Origin: Auanema rhodensis
Lineage: Eukaryota > Animalia > Nematoda
Length of the DNA: 64,000 nucleotides
Assembly (NCBI GenBank): GCA_964057225.1
Contig: OZ059899.1
Span: 15,438,001-15,502,000, forward strand
Reading direction: 5' to 3'
Positions 1 to 13,655 of the stretch are shown piece by piece. The notes beneath the pieces are model-generated. The model had not been told where the DNA came from. It saw only the letters and a program-made list of their open reading frames with translations, and made no database searches. The translations under genes and the position numbers were made by a program. How positions within the stretch are numbered: the stretch's first letter is position 1; the number at the start of each line of letters is the position of its first letter.

Positions 1-56
1 AACTATTTTGCTCTAACCTTTTTGTGTAGTTATAATCCATACGATGAATTTTTCAG

Positions 57-1987
57 ATGACGAATGGTATAAACTTGGCAAAAATTAAAGAGAATTTGGC
101 AAAAACAAAGAAGCTCGAGGTGAGTCAGCAGTGTTAAATGAAGTTGAACAATTCCCAGTTAAGCAAACATTAGGAGATAATGATATCGATTATACGATGG
201 CTATGATGGAATCAGATGACGAAGAAACTGACAATACCAACGAAGATAATACTAAAGAACCTGAATATAGTTCATTGTAATTTTTAAAATATTTTACTTT
301 TACGATGACAAATGATTTTTTAAAGAGATGAAGAAAAATATGATGATACTATGAGCAAAGCTGTTAACTTATTAGCTGAAGGAAGTGTTGAAAAACTCAC
401 TGTGGACACGCTCTTCCGAAAACTCAGTGTAATAGGTTCAAATGAATTTCGTATGTTTATTCTAAATTTTCCTTCCTTTCATGTTTTTTATTTGAAGATC
501 ATGCTATTCACTCCTTGGAAGATGCTGAGAATTATATAAATAGAATTCAAGCAACGCATATGGATATTGTTCTAAATGCTAGTGGCCATTTTCAAATGCA
601 TGGTATACTTTAAAATTTTATTTTATTTTACAAAAATTATTTTAAAGATATTTTTGATCGTGTTATCTCTAATATCGTCAATGCTCGCAGTGTGGCGGAA
701 CATAGTGGCAAAGGCCCTGATTTGAATTTGGTACTAATTTCATTTATGTTTCTAATTTTGATTCTTGGACTTTGCAGTGTCTGGCATGGCTAGCTTTTGC
801 ATGTCAAGGCCAAGTTGGAGATATCATACCTCCAGGTGAACAATTCCCTTACGCTGTTCAGTATATTGCTAAAAAACTTAAAAATACTTCTCTTCCCAAA
901 GTAGCTAATAGTGAAAGATTAGAGTTAGCTACATGTCAGGTACAGAAGTACTAAACAGACGCATATTACTATTTCTTTTTTTGCAGATTTCTCGTGTTTT
1001 CGAGTTTTTAACAGTTTGTGATTTATGTAATCAGAGTCCTGAAGACAGGGCTATTTTACTTTTTTCAATTGCACGTATCATTCTCGATAAATCAGCTCAA
1101 GCACATATACACTTTAAGGCCATTGATGTTATAGCAAATGTACGTTTTTTCAACCAAAACAAATTATATGTATGTAACAATGATGTTAATATTTGATTTT
1201 CAGATAATCAATGCTAGCTCTTTAAATCGAAGATCTGTGATTGTGGAATTTTCGCGACTTTTCTGTTTAATATCAGGTTTGTTAGAAGAGGCATTTTCAT
1301 AATTATGGACCTACTGCCAGTGTAATCACATAGAAACAGTAGCCTTCTCTTTCAGATGATTTCTGCGCTTTACGCTTTGTTTTTGAATGTTTCCGTCTTG
1401 CACCTATACCACCATATGCTTTACTATGTTTAGTTTCCACAGCTTTTATATCAGCCAGTGAACGTGCGGAATGTGAACCTGAGTTTAACGTACTGTTGTT
1501 TTCTGAAATTGAACACAAATATATTACAGATCTTCTTCTAATTTTATTATGTAATTATCTTTCATTTCAGGAACGAATGACTGATGATGATCTAATAGAC
1601 TCCTATTTTGCCGTTATTACTGACACTTTTTCTGATGCGATGGAAGTATTTGCTAATGTACATGTGATATTTTATTTTTTCAATCTCATCAAACAATTAC
1701 AGGCTAAGAAAAATCAATCAGCATTACTAAACATGCTAGATGCAGCTCTTGTTAAAGATTTATTTGTGTTGGATCATGCTAAAGGCAGTCGCCGGCTAGA
1801 TGAGCTTGCAAAAAGCATCGAACCATATACGGCCAAGCTGGTTAGTCATTAATAAAATTCTGCTTACATTTTTTTATTTCTCCAGCTGGAAAAGAAGGGC
1901 TCCCCCGACGAGGCCATGCTTGAAGCTCACTTACGAACTTTAACTTCAAGACTAAATGTTATCGAACAAGTTATCGCAGATCTCTGA
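57..1987 (+). CDS. Multi-exon (~11 exons) hypothetical protein; acidic N-terminus, Leu-rich helical (HEAT/ARM-like?) body
   Basis: TTTCAG|ATG at 57. Short GT-AG introns join ORF-track pieces (351, 772, 933, 1496) in frame to ...LNVIEQVIADL-TGA at 1985-1987. AATAAA at ~2118. Family not recognised. Confidence 0.7.
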
Positions 1988-3084
1988 GATGAAAAGAAAA
2001 TAGTTTTATTTTTATTGTTGCTTTATTTGAATGCCACAGGTGTATATGTTGTAAATAGATCAGATTTTGGCAAAAAGTTATAATGAAGTACCGGTATGAT
2101 TCGTTGCTTTCCTGTTGAATAAAAATGTTATCGAAGTAAAAAATTATTTTTTAATTCTTTGTCTTATTATGAAGCTTGGGAAAGCCTACAACTATTTATT
2201 TATTAATTTCCAATAATAGTGATCATTGTTTCAAATGGCTCACAAAGCCCGGCAATAACCCCAGGAACTAGAATAGAATTTCACTTAGCAACAAAAAAAA
2301 TAGAAAAACTCGAAATGAATAATTTATAACTGAATTCGTTCTAGGTTAAAGATTGATATTTCACAAAGAATATTATTTTAATAAACCGTGCTTTCTTCAC
2401 TTTTATTAAACTTTCCCATGATAAGTCGTTCTAATGAACAGAAATACCAATGCTGATAAATTTAGAACCCAGTATCTCCCACTCTCCTATTCTTAATTGT
2501 TCTTTCTCTTCTTTTTTCTTAAAGATACACTTTACACGTCATTATCAAATTTCATTGCCGTTTTCATAAGGAATATGGAACAAAACTTGATTTACAGTAT
2601 TGAGTATGAACTTTTAAAATCGGAAAAGAATTAATAGAAATATTTTACTGTCTGATGGTTTATTAGAATAAATTGTGAGACGTAGAATGATTATTTGAAA
2701 ACTTGAAAGTATAAGCAAACAAATACCAATTGAACGATTTTGCTGAGTTTTCCAATTTTTTTTTCAAAACTTGTAAATTCTTTTTTTTTCTGTTGTTTTT
2801 ACAATCAAACATCTGAAGGCATTTATACTCCTTTAAATTATATCATATTCAACCAAAAAAAAGAAAAATATTCATTATCAGTTGAAAAAGCAACTTTAGT
2901 ACAAAATATTTGATAAAATATGATTCCTTACCTCTCAATATTGAACTTTTCACTTTATTTATAACAAGATCTCTGCGTTTTTCATCTCTTTTTTAAAGTT
3001 TTTGGTCAAATGTTTGCAAGCATAGTCTAAACGTGAATGATGCTCTCCTCGTTTTCCATGATGTCTTTTATTCTTTTTAAAAAG

Positions 3085-3338
3085 TGACGTCATGCCGATA
3101 TTGCAGTCGGTTGTGCAATAGGGGCGGAGCCTGCTGTCCCTCGATTGTCGTATGATTTTCATTGTATTTCCATACGTTCTTTCCAACTTACTCGCACGTG
3201 ATTTTCCTTCATAAAGCATATTTTCTTCAAAGATTAATGAAAATCCAAGATTTCAACATTTGGAATTCTTGCAAATTTGTTTAGTTAGGATTCTATTTAA
3301 TCGATATCTAGCTTTTATACTAATCGATATATGAGTCA
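3085..3338 (+). promoter_or_regulatory. zip-2 promoter motif cluster (CRE, C/EBP-like, GC box, E-box, AP-1)
   Basis: TGACGTCA 3085-3092, TTGTGCAAT 3111-3119, GGGGCGGAGC 3121-3130, CACGTG 3195-3200 and TGAGTCA 3332-3338, all upstream of the acceptor at 3448. Confidence 0.5.
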
Positions 3339-3522
3339 TTCGGACACGTTTTAGGCCAAAGCGGTCTTTTCTCAGCTTTTCATTTTTTTCTTTTAATATT
3401 TTAGTCTTTAAAGTAATAACATATATTAATTCTTGTTTTATTTTTCAGTTAGGACTCGAATCGGGGTCCCACCTCATCCTTAAAGCACAGAGCTTCCTTC
3501 AGCGTTTGCCGTTGCTAAGTAA

Positions 3523-4863
3523 CCGTCTCCCAACAGGTGATTATTTTGTTTTTTAATTTCACATTCAATTTCATTTTCTTCTTTTATTCAATTTTTTTCA
3601 GTTTTTGCCTCCGTGTCGCTTCAAGCGCTCGTTTGTCTTCTATCTTCGAAGACCTTAATTACAATTTCGAGCAACAATGTTCAAGTCATCCGCTGCAATT
3701 TATAACTCCTCAATGGAGTCCAGAAAGGCCTGCGAGACTCGCCTTTTTGGCGAGGCCTCCCTCGCCAGATCCGGTAAAATAATCAACTATGTTATTCCTT
3801 ACCATCGGCTTCTTGTTATAGCCGGACCTGTTATCCAGAACCAGCGAGTCTCTGTTACCTCACGACAACAGTTGGTTCGTGACCCAACAGTGAGTGAAAG
3901 AACAAATAGTAGAATCCATGAAGATTCTAAATGGGAAAACTAAACATAATTACAATATGTTTAGGTACAATTACGAACCAGCTCCGGATTTATCAAACTG
4001 CGAGTTAATTGTGACCCAGGATACCAGGCATCGAATACAAAGCGGGACCAGTACCTGCTCACGGATTGTGCCTTCACCACAAACGAATTCTCCGACTATG
4101 TCTGCTCACCAATGGAACGAGAGTCCGAATCGTATTTTGAACGGTACATCAAAACAACTGAAAGAAAATAGATGAATTTACCAATTTTTAGACGATTCCG
4201 AAATGAAAGCTTACCACGAGGAAACCAACGAATGGTCCTCTGTCACTGATTCACAAAGTAAGCTCTATCGGGGGTCTGAACAAGTTTTAACTGCGAGTAA
4301 TTACAGCGTTTTACCAATCTACTTACTCGCATGATATATACTATGCGCCCAACGAGGACCTCGATATAGAAGCAATGTCTAACTGCGATATTACTGAACT
4401 GGACCAGTACCTTCACTCAGATAATCTTCAACCCTCAACCTCCCATGATATTCTGCCTACTCAACATTTCCCTTCTGCTAACGATCCTTTACAAGAATTC
4501 TTTCCTTCACTCTCTAGTGGAGGATCTTCTCCAGAATCGATTGAATGGTTATCGTCTCCTTCTCATAGTGGCTCTGAAACTGCTTCCCCTTCTACTTCTA
4601 CGTCAACCTCTCATAATAATCGTCGCTCAACTGGCAACAAAGCTACGAATAAGGATAGCTTATATCGTGTTCGTAGAGATAAGAATAACTTGGCTTCTCA
4701 GAGGTCAAGAGCCAAGCGACAAGACAAAGTTAAAGAAATGAAGCAATTAGCCAATAATCTAGAGAAGTATAATGTTGAGTTAAAGGCCAAAGTTTCTTCT
4801 CTAGAAACTTTAGTTGAAGATTATAAGAAAACAATGCTCATGTTGATGTCCAGCAACCGTTAA
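3523..4863 (+). CDS. zip-2: ZIP-2-like C/EBP-related bZIP transcription factor (main frame; first in-frame ATG only at 4098)
   Basis: Exons 3449-3536, 3602-3773, 3822-3889, 3965-4143, 4192-4257, 4307-4863. Basic-zipper YRVRRDKNNLASQRSRAKRQ...LETLVEDYKK. Motifs DPLQEFFP, DDSEM and VTQDT resemble C. elegans ZIP-2 as recalled. Confidence 0.85.
3677..4249 (+). CDS. Upstream overlapping ORF (oORF, 133 aa) in the -1 frame of zip-2
   Basis: First AUG of the spliced mRNA. 97+68+179+58 = 402 nt, stop-free over 4 exons, ending TGA 4247-4249 (MFKSSAAIYNSSMESRK...NQRMVLCH*). Confidence 0.7.
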
Positions 4864-5996
4864 TTGTATTGTTTATTCTCAATACTCTCTCGTTTTGCAT
4901 GTTTTCTATTAATTTTGAGGTTTAGATTAGATAATTCATTTATTCTTTGAACATATTTTGATTTTTCTTTGAATATTGGTCTCTACTATTTATTGGGTTT
5001 CTTTGTATTCATTATCGAACAGCTTTCATTTTTTTTCTAAATGTATGATCAATAGTCGTTGAAATGAAGCTGAATTCTAATATTGCTTGTATTATCTGTC
5101 TGAATACCTATCATCTTACCATTCACATTGGTTATCAGCGATTTTCCGATTGCCTATAGTTGAGTCTACAATAGTGAAAAGGAAAGTTCTCAGGTTGAAA
5201 AGATGATGATTCATTCGATATCAAGGGCAAGGGTCTATAGTAAAAACGTTTTCCATTGATCTTTAATACAGAACAAAATTTTGATTCTGCGATGAATCAA
5301 AAGTTAAATCGGAGTGACGCGTCTTATGTGTCTCAAATTCTAACCTAGAGAAGACATCATCTTTGATTCGATGAAAGAATTTGTGTTAAAATCATTAGGA
5401 GTGGCTGTTTTTCCGTAGCAAACGGTTAGAATATGTGAAACAACTGGCAAAGTTTTATCTCAAAAAAGCTGGAAAGAGTTGAGAATTCGAACTTCAAGAA
5501 TATACATTCATATCGAGGGCATTAAGAATAATTTTAAGAAATCAAAGAAATCAAAGAGAAATCATATCAGAATATTATGAAAAAAGCAATTGCTTTGATG
5601 GATAAAATGTATTTATATTTTAACATAATAAGGAAAAGAAAGTTTATGGGAATATCCGCCTACTCATATTCCCTTGAATTTCTTCCCATGCTACATTAAC
5701 TTTTCCTTACCTTTTCTCAGACATAAGAATTGATTTCATTCAAATTGTGATTAATACCATTCTATCATATCTTTTTATCAATTCCTCTGAGACTAGGCGG
5801 AAATTGCTTTTAATTTTATTTTGATTTTTTAAAAAAAATAATAATAGCTTCTTTGTGCAAAAAAAAAGAAGAAATACTAACATTTTATAGTAAATAAATT
5901 TTTGTTTAAAAAGAAGTGATAGAAAACTCATTCACTATTCGTATGAAAGTTTGAAATCTCTTCTATCTTAAGCATTTCTAAAAACTTTTTTAGATT

Positions 5997-7785
5997 ATGG
6001 CTCGTTGTCCAGCAAATCTTGAATATCCACCATCTTGGTATATATTCGTACATTATGCTATTGGCACTATTACCTTAATTATTGGAGTTTATACATTTTA
6101 TGTTATTTATATAGTTACTCTTAATAATATGGATAGATTATACAAAAAATATCTTCTTCTATATCAAGCATGGGTCACAATATCGTCTCTTTATACTAAT
6201 TTCTCTGTAAGCTATCATAAAATTTTAAATATTATACGTATTATGAATGAGTAGACTATTTCCGCAATTCCAAAGCTTATCACCGCAGTCTTGAATCCTC
6301 CACTCTTCATCAGCTTATCGGTTTATGAATAACCTATGAAAGAGAATAATATTTTGATAACATTCATGACTTTTTTTCCAAAATAAGTAATTCTGATTTA
6401 ATCATGACAAACCCGCTTTGTTACTGAAATATCTGACCCGTTAGTTAGTGGGTGGTCCCTTCATAGGCGGTTCAGATTCATTCAGATACCCAATTTTTAA
6501 GGTCTACTCATCTCTGATATGTATATACATGTATATATTGAGTTATATATAGTTTTTTAAACTCTCGCATGTTTAAACTTTGTCTGAGATTCTGCAGAGT
6601 CTGATGGACTTTGCAACCGTTGACTACTTCTTTCTCAGGCTGAGAAAATAAGCATGAGAGATGGCTAAAACGTCTGATCGAGAACGTTTCTAATATTAAA
6701 TAATATATATAGTTATTAAATATATAAATATGTATGAATGTATAATTATAAATTACAGTTAACTATCCAATACTTGCCGGCACTATTAACAGTTTCAGCC
6801 GGTTTTTTATCTGTATCTCCAGTATTAGATATGTATGTGGACACATCATTACAAATATATATTGTTATTATTGCTGGTGTTTTATCTCTTCATCGCTTTT
6901 TGATAACAATATATGGTCATGATAGACCAAAATATTACATACCATTGATGATTGGATATGTTCTAGTAACAGGAGCTACATTTCCAATATTGACCATATA
7001 CACGGAATTAACGTATGATGTCCAAAAAGGAATTAATGCATTAGTACAGGTTATATCAAGCGTTTATCTTAAAAAATTAATTTCATTTTTTACAAAATTA
7101 TAAAAAATTGAAACGTTGTCACTTACAGGATTGTCCGCATTTTGAACCGTTAGTTCAAAAACATGAAGTGTTATATGAAAATAATGAAAATACTATATAT
7201 TCAACTATATATTGCATATTCTTTACTCATATCGCATTATCATGTTTAGCTATCAGCTTTATATCTTTATCTTTTTATATTTTATCAAAAAGATCTTCAC
7301 GATTAACTGAAAAAACTCGTAGATTACAACTAAAATTACTTCGAAATCTATGTATTCAAGTTTGTGTTCAAGTTTGAAAAGGTTGCATCTAAATTTATAT
7401 TTCAGGTGGGAATACCAGCAATCTTACATTCCGTACCTGCATTAATCTGCTTAGTAATTGCGTATTTTCAACTAGCTGTACCTTTGAGTAAGCTTCTTCT
7501 TTACTGTATTCGGAAAAATATATATTTTAGGCGTTGGATTAATAATTTGGAGTACTGGTTCTGTACACGGAGTAGCGAATAGTATTCTTTTCCTATGTCT
7601 TACTCCACGGCTATACGCAAAACTGAAAAGCGGTAAACTGCTTCAGCTCCCCATGGAGAAAAGTTTTTCTCTTTTCAGATTTTACTATTCCAATCAATTT
7701 TGTTAAAAGATCATTCGGATCAAAGCCAATTTCTATTGTTTCCATAAATTTCAGTACTACAGACCGGCACACTACTGCAAATTGA
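5997..7785 (+). CDS. Serpentine 7TM chemoreceptor (Srh/Sri-like, Str superfamily)
   Basis: Six exons of hydrophobic segments. SRLTEKTRRLQLKLLRNLCIQ|VGIP (TM5-6 loop) and VHGVANSILFL (TM7) are family-typical. Stop TGA at 7783-7785. Confidence 0.8.
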
Positions 7786-9638
7786 ATAGAGAGAGACATA
7801 CGATGTAAGAACAACCGTTCACAGTGGTTTCAAAATTGAAAATAAATTTTAGTTCAATGTTTCAGTTCAAATCTCTGAGTTAATTGAATGATGCCAATCA
7901 TGATATCAAGGAAATATTAATAAACTTTCACAAGGAACCAATTAGCTTTTACAGAATTTCCTGAAGTTAACACTATGCTATAATTATTTATATCATACTG
8001 ATATTATTAAAAGAATTTCTTTCATTAATATAATTATAACAGTTATTTTTTCATATTATGTTGTAATAATAAATAAATAATTTAAACATATATTAATATT
8101 TAGTGAAAATTAGAAGAAAAATGCCTGAAAGAGAATGGAATGACATCCAAAAACATTAACTAATGTACATAAATATGTGTTATATTATACAAATAATTTC
8201 CCGGATCTTTTTTTTTGAATGCTATGAACTTACTTTGAAAATATTGTGGACGATATATTCATATTGATTAGTTATTATAATGTTTTTTTGAAATTTAGTT
8301 TACAACTTCCTTATTTCATTCTCTATGTAATTCAATTTCTTTTTAAAAATAGATAGTTGTAGGAACTATGTGATATATCAGAATATTTTAGTTTCAAATA
8401 TTCGATATACTTAACCATTTGCATAAATTTCGTAGAATGGGTGAAGTGAACTGGCCCGATTGACCTCAGGCACACCACACACGATGAGTCAAATTGCTTA
8501 TGGGGGGATAGCTAGGAAGTAGCAGGCTAGATAGTTAGATGAGCGAATGAACTGAACGTCAAAGTGTGGTCTCAATGACTAGCTCGTCTTCCTTTTGCAA
8601 TTACAGTCACAACAAGGTCATACGTGACAATAATAATAACATCAAGGTAGCAACCACAGCTAACTACCACATATGGAAGATACAGCACATAGACACACGT
8701 CGGCTGACAATTAGCACACGCATGTTTCTCACTCAATACAACGATGACGAAGAGGTGAAGAGGCTAACTAACTAACTAACTAACTAACTATCTTCTACCA
8801 TATACTACTGCAACAACCACGACATACTATACTCATAGCATCATACACTTATGCACTTTTTTCTTTTGGATTCCAGCTGAGATATGTATGCACATCCTCA
8901 AAGTTTTACAGGTCATATCATCTCATTTTGAATGAAACAACTTTATTTTTCCAATAACTTCATCTCTTCCTCTCTCTCTCCTTCTATATCTATATATATA
9001 TCTCTCTTTTTTTTCTCTGTCTCTTCTTTTCTCTTAATACTTATTCATAATCTTCCACACCTACAAAGTTGTTATTTTTTGTTTTCCCTCTCATTATTCC
9101 TCATTATTGCCATTCTTCTAGAGCTCTTTCTCTTCTCTCTCTCTATTATCTCTCTTTAAACCATTTTTTCCTTTCTTTCATGATTTTTACCGCAACCTGT
9201 TAATTGCTCCTCTTATTCACAACAATATCATCAAGACTACCATGTGTAGGTAGATTGTTAGAATCCGCTTAATGTTTACCCAGATTTTGACCTCTTGTCC
9301 CAACATCAACATGCTCATCCTTCGTTTAGTGTACATGTATATCAGATTTCTTTTGACTAAACTCCCATCATAATTAACTTTGTCGTCTTCTTCTATTACA
9401 TGATTGCCTATATTGTCTTTGAACTGTATCCTAACAAACAGCTTAGCAACCTCAGTTCATAAGCAATTATCCTCGTCTTCAAGAATTTCCCTATGTACTC
9501 ATCTCATCATATAGATGTCTTTTCTCTCGTTATCTTCGTTTTCTTCAAACAACTAATTCTATTTTTACAGTGTTGTTCATCACTTTTCCTTATTCTCGCC
9601 TGTTCTAAGTTATTCTATTACTAACCGTGTCCGGAAGG

Positions 9639-12600
9639 ATGTATACGGTACTTCACATTCTGCTATTGTTTATGTTATTTCCTGAAAAAGTAAAAAGCCA
9701 GTTTTTACTTAATCGAATTCCCAACATAACAGGTGAGATTATGAAGAAACTTTTCTTCTTTACATCTTTATCTTGTAATTTGTTCTTTACAGATGTAACT
9801 GCTATGTGTAGCAGCGATGGTATTACAGCTTCCATTGACTTTTCTGAAGATTTTTCTGGAAAAATCTATTCCATGGATTATGCTACTATCAATGATTGTG
9901 TCTATTTCAATAGTGTCTACTCAAGAACAGTCTTATTTTCGATTCCAGCTCATAGATGTGGAACAAAGCTCTCTAGAACATCAAGAAACGTGAGTAATCG
10001 TAGATATGAAAATATTTCCAACCTTCTGACTCTTTCACCTTCCTTCGCCTTATACTTCTTCTTTCTTGAAAAATGAAAAAAAATCTTAAAAGGTCATTTG
10101 CTCATCATGTGTAAAGTGCAGGAGATTGCTTGACTTTACGTTAAAAGGTAAATCATAACCTTAAATGGAAATGCCACTTCACTCGTCCATTATATTCTCG
10201 TTGACACAACCACATCATACAATAGTCAAATACTCAAGAAAATCTAGTTATGCATGTTCTTCCTCAAACTATCCTCTCATCGTCTAAGTCAGCACAATGT
10301 CATATACTTGCCAGAGCTAATTGGGCTTCGAGGTAATCTCCAAGGATGTGACATTTCCATTTTCATGATGACGTCTTACAATTGCCAAAGAAGGTGATGT
10401 ATTTGAATTTCATCATGAAGAGCTACAAATCGAATATCTTCTCATCGTACCCCAAACTAGCAAACTCATTAGTTTTCAGCTGTCAATTGTCTGTAGCTTA
10501 AAGCAGGTGCTACAGCTAGAAACATCTGGTAAAGTAAAAAACGAGAACAACAAGAAGAGAAGGACAATGTTATGAGGAAAGAAGAATAGAAAGAACATTT
10601 AAATTTGGTCAAGGACCACAGTTGAGACAGGAAATATAGGTTAAAGTCATAGTACTAGGTAGATATACTTGTATGTATGTCATATAACTTCATTCTTATA
10701 ATCGTAATTAACCTTATATAAGGAATAATTTATATATTTATACTTTAATTTTCAAAATAAACAACAAAAACAATTTTTTTAAGATTATTGATCAAATGGA
10801 AAATCGAGTATATGTTCAGATGGATAAGGATATGCAATCTGCTTCGGATAAACAATTTAATTTCATTTGTCAATTAGCTGATGGTAGAACGTATGAATAC
10901 ATTTGATTTTCTTAGATTATCTATGATTCTATTTCTTAAGATCAAAAACTGTACGACGACATCCAATGCGAGATTCATATGCAGTATCTCCAGATGCAAA
11001 AAGCTTAGGTGAACCTATCAAACCGGTAAACATTAGTTTGAATATGATCTAAGTTTCAAATTGATGATGTAGAAAGAAGTTCGTGTAGCATCATCATCTG
11101 ATGTAACATTCGGTAATTGGCCAATTCCTGGGTCAAAGCCATACAATCCTTCCATGAAGCCAGCTGCAGTTTTTCCTAAACTTCCAGTAGCCACAGTAGT
11201 TAACTATCCTACAACAACAGGTGTTTATAAAAATAAGTATTGTCATAACTTTTATAATTTTCAGCATCAAATCCGTCTTATACGGCCACATCTCAACAAT
11301 ATCATTCAAATGACCCAATAAAAGCAAATGTTTTAGGTAGAATTTGTCTTTCTTATTCTGATAAATAAGAACTTTTTAGATAATTATCCATTATCAGCAT
11401 CATATAATCAAATAACGTTATCAAATCCACCCATGGATCCTATTCAAGCTACTATTAGAAGAGCTCCACCCATGTCTTCAATATCACAACCTTCACAATC
11501 AGAAGCATATGCTCGTCCACCAATCAATAACTATATGACATCATCTTTTATGAAAAGTAATTCATTATAATAAAAAAAAATCAGATTTTGATTCAAATTT
11601 TCTCAGGTCCACCTATTGTTCCATTGAAAACAGCTGTTTCACATCCACAAAATGCTGAAAGTTCGTTTTCTAAAAATTTTAAATTCAAATTTAAATCAAT
11701 CAATAATTCAAATGTGTATTATTCAGATAGCTATGCTCAGCAGCCACAGAATCCTATTAACCCAGATGTTCATATGAAGCAACGAATTGGAATGGGCGCT
11801 GTGCTAGACAGCCAAAAAGCAACACCCGTGAGTTGTCTCTTTGTCCTTGTTATTTGTCCACCCATATGCGATACGGCGCGCAAATTGATATGAGGCCACA
11901 TTGAGTGCTAGTCTTCATCCTCTGGTTCCTTTGCAATTCTCCGTGAAAATCTTTCGCCTTTTACTAAAGATTTCCGTGCATAGGGACGCATATGAGTAAA
12001 TTCATTTTTTGGAATCCCCTCGAAAGAGCGGGAAATAAGATTAGAAGTTTTATATGGAAAAAACTTAGGTTCCTGCTAGAACATGGAATCAAATACCGTC
12101 GACTATGATGCCATCGGCTTATGTAACGAACACTGATGCACCTAAATACCGGGGATTTGTTGAAGAACCAAAGCGGATTGGCGTTGAATTTACAAATGAT
12201 GTTAATCAAAATACTGTCACAGTCAATGAAGAAAGGTTTGTTTTGAAATAGAAAGATCAGTTATGACCGTGTATTCCCCAGCACCCACAAAGTGCATTTG
12301 GTTTCCACACAGGAACATTTCGCTCCAAAATCTGATGTTCAGTTGGAAATTCAACAAGGAAACGGTATTTATTCATATTCTCAGAAGATTTATTACGTTT
12401 TATTCTTTGAAGGACCATTTGGTACAGCTGTTTCAAAACCTGTGAAGATTGGTGAAAACATAACTCTTGTTGTAAAAGCAATGTCTCAGATGAAAGGTAT
12501 TGTACAATCTCACCGAAAAATATTTGAAATCGTTAACCACACTTATTCAATTTTTCAGATTCTTATGATATGTTTGTTCATTCATGCTTTGCTACAGATG

Positions 12601-13195
12601 GCCCTGGAACAACAAAAATTGATTTAATTGACAGGAATGGGTACCAAAATTTCAAAAAAGGTTTCAACCCACAAACGTATTTGCAGATGCGTTATTCGAA
12701 AAGAATTTGTATCACCTCTCAATCGGGCCAGAAATGGCCAACAGATGCTCTACTACTTCCGGATTTCAGCTTTTAAATTTCCTGGGCCTGATGACGTATA
12801 TTTCTCCTGTTCAATCGAACTAACTCCGCTTCGACCTGCTCCAGTAATCTCATAGATAATGAAAAAATTTAATAAAAATTGACTGTTTCAGGACATATGT
12901 ACTGCAACTCGAAGATTGAAAAGAGATGTATCGAATGATCTTCGTTTATTTGATATCGTCAAAGTTGAATTGGCTGAAAAATATGAAAAAGATAAGCTTA
13001 TTGATGGTAATTCATTCAATTAATACGTAAAACATGCCATGTATTTCAGCAGAAAGCGATTTATATTGTGCTTCATCTGTAGTAGTAGGACTATTTTCCA
13101 TGATTGTAATCAGCCTTCTTATGGCATTTGCAATTGCTACAGCTGTAGCCATCTCAATGCATGCGAAGCTGAGATCTATCCAAAACAAGCTCTGA
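9639..13195 (+). CDS. ZP-domain (cuticlin-like) type I membrane protein with long Pro/Ser linker
   Basis: Signal peptide; ZP-N (CSSDGITASIDFSEDFSGKIY...HRCGT); ZP-C (MFVHSCFATDG...AFKFPGPDDVYFSCSIEL); furin-type RRLKR; C-terminal TM; TGA 13193-13195. Confidence 0.88.
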
Positions 13196-13655
13196 TCGGA
13201 AAATCGAATAGTACAACTCTGCCACAGTTTTTATTAGAATTTGGCTATGTTTCTTAACAATGCCTATTGCCGATCTCGGTTTTTAATACTTGTATACTGG
13301 TCATTATGATGTTCTCTTTGTTCTTTATTTTTTTAATCAAAAATGTATAATTTTTGAAAATAGCTCGTAAGGATAAAATATTTTATTTCTTCCAAACTTG
13401 ACTAGAAAAAGCATTGTAAATAATTTCATAACAAAATTTCCATATATCTATGATGAATCGTATTATTTCTGAATATACGGTTGAAAACGGAAAACAGACG
13501 AGATGAGAAATAATTTCACATTACGGTAGATGAAGTGTACGCAAACGCGGGAAAATTCAATATTTTAAAAACAGTGAAATTTATAAAACAATTTGAAACT
13601 TTTGACTTCATATATTGATATTGGATTAAAAACTTCTTTTATAAATTAAATTAAT

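Noticed and set aside
8765-8790. (TAAC)n run as possible telomeric repeat
   Set aside because: A tetranucleotide microsatellite, not TTAGGC.
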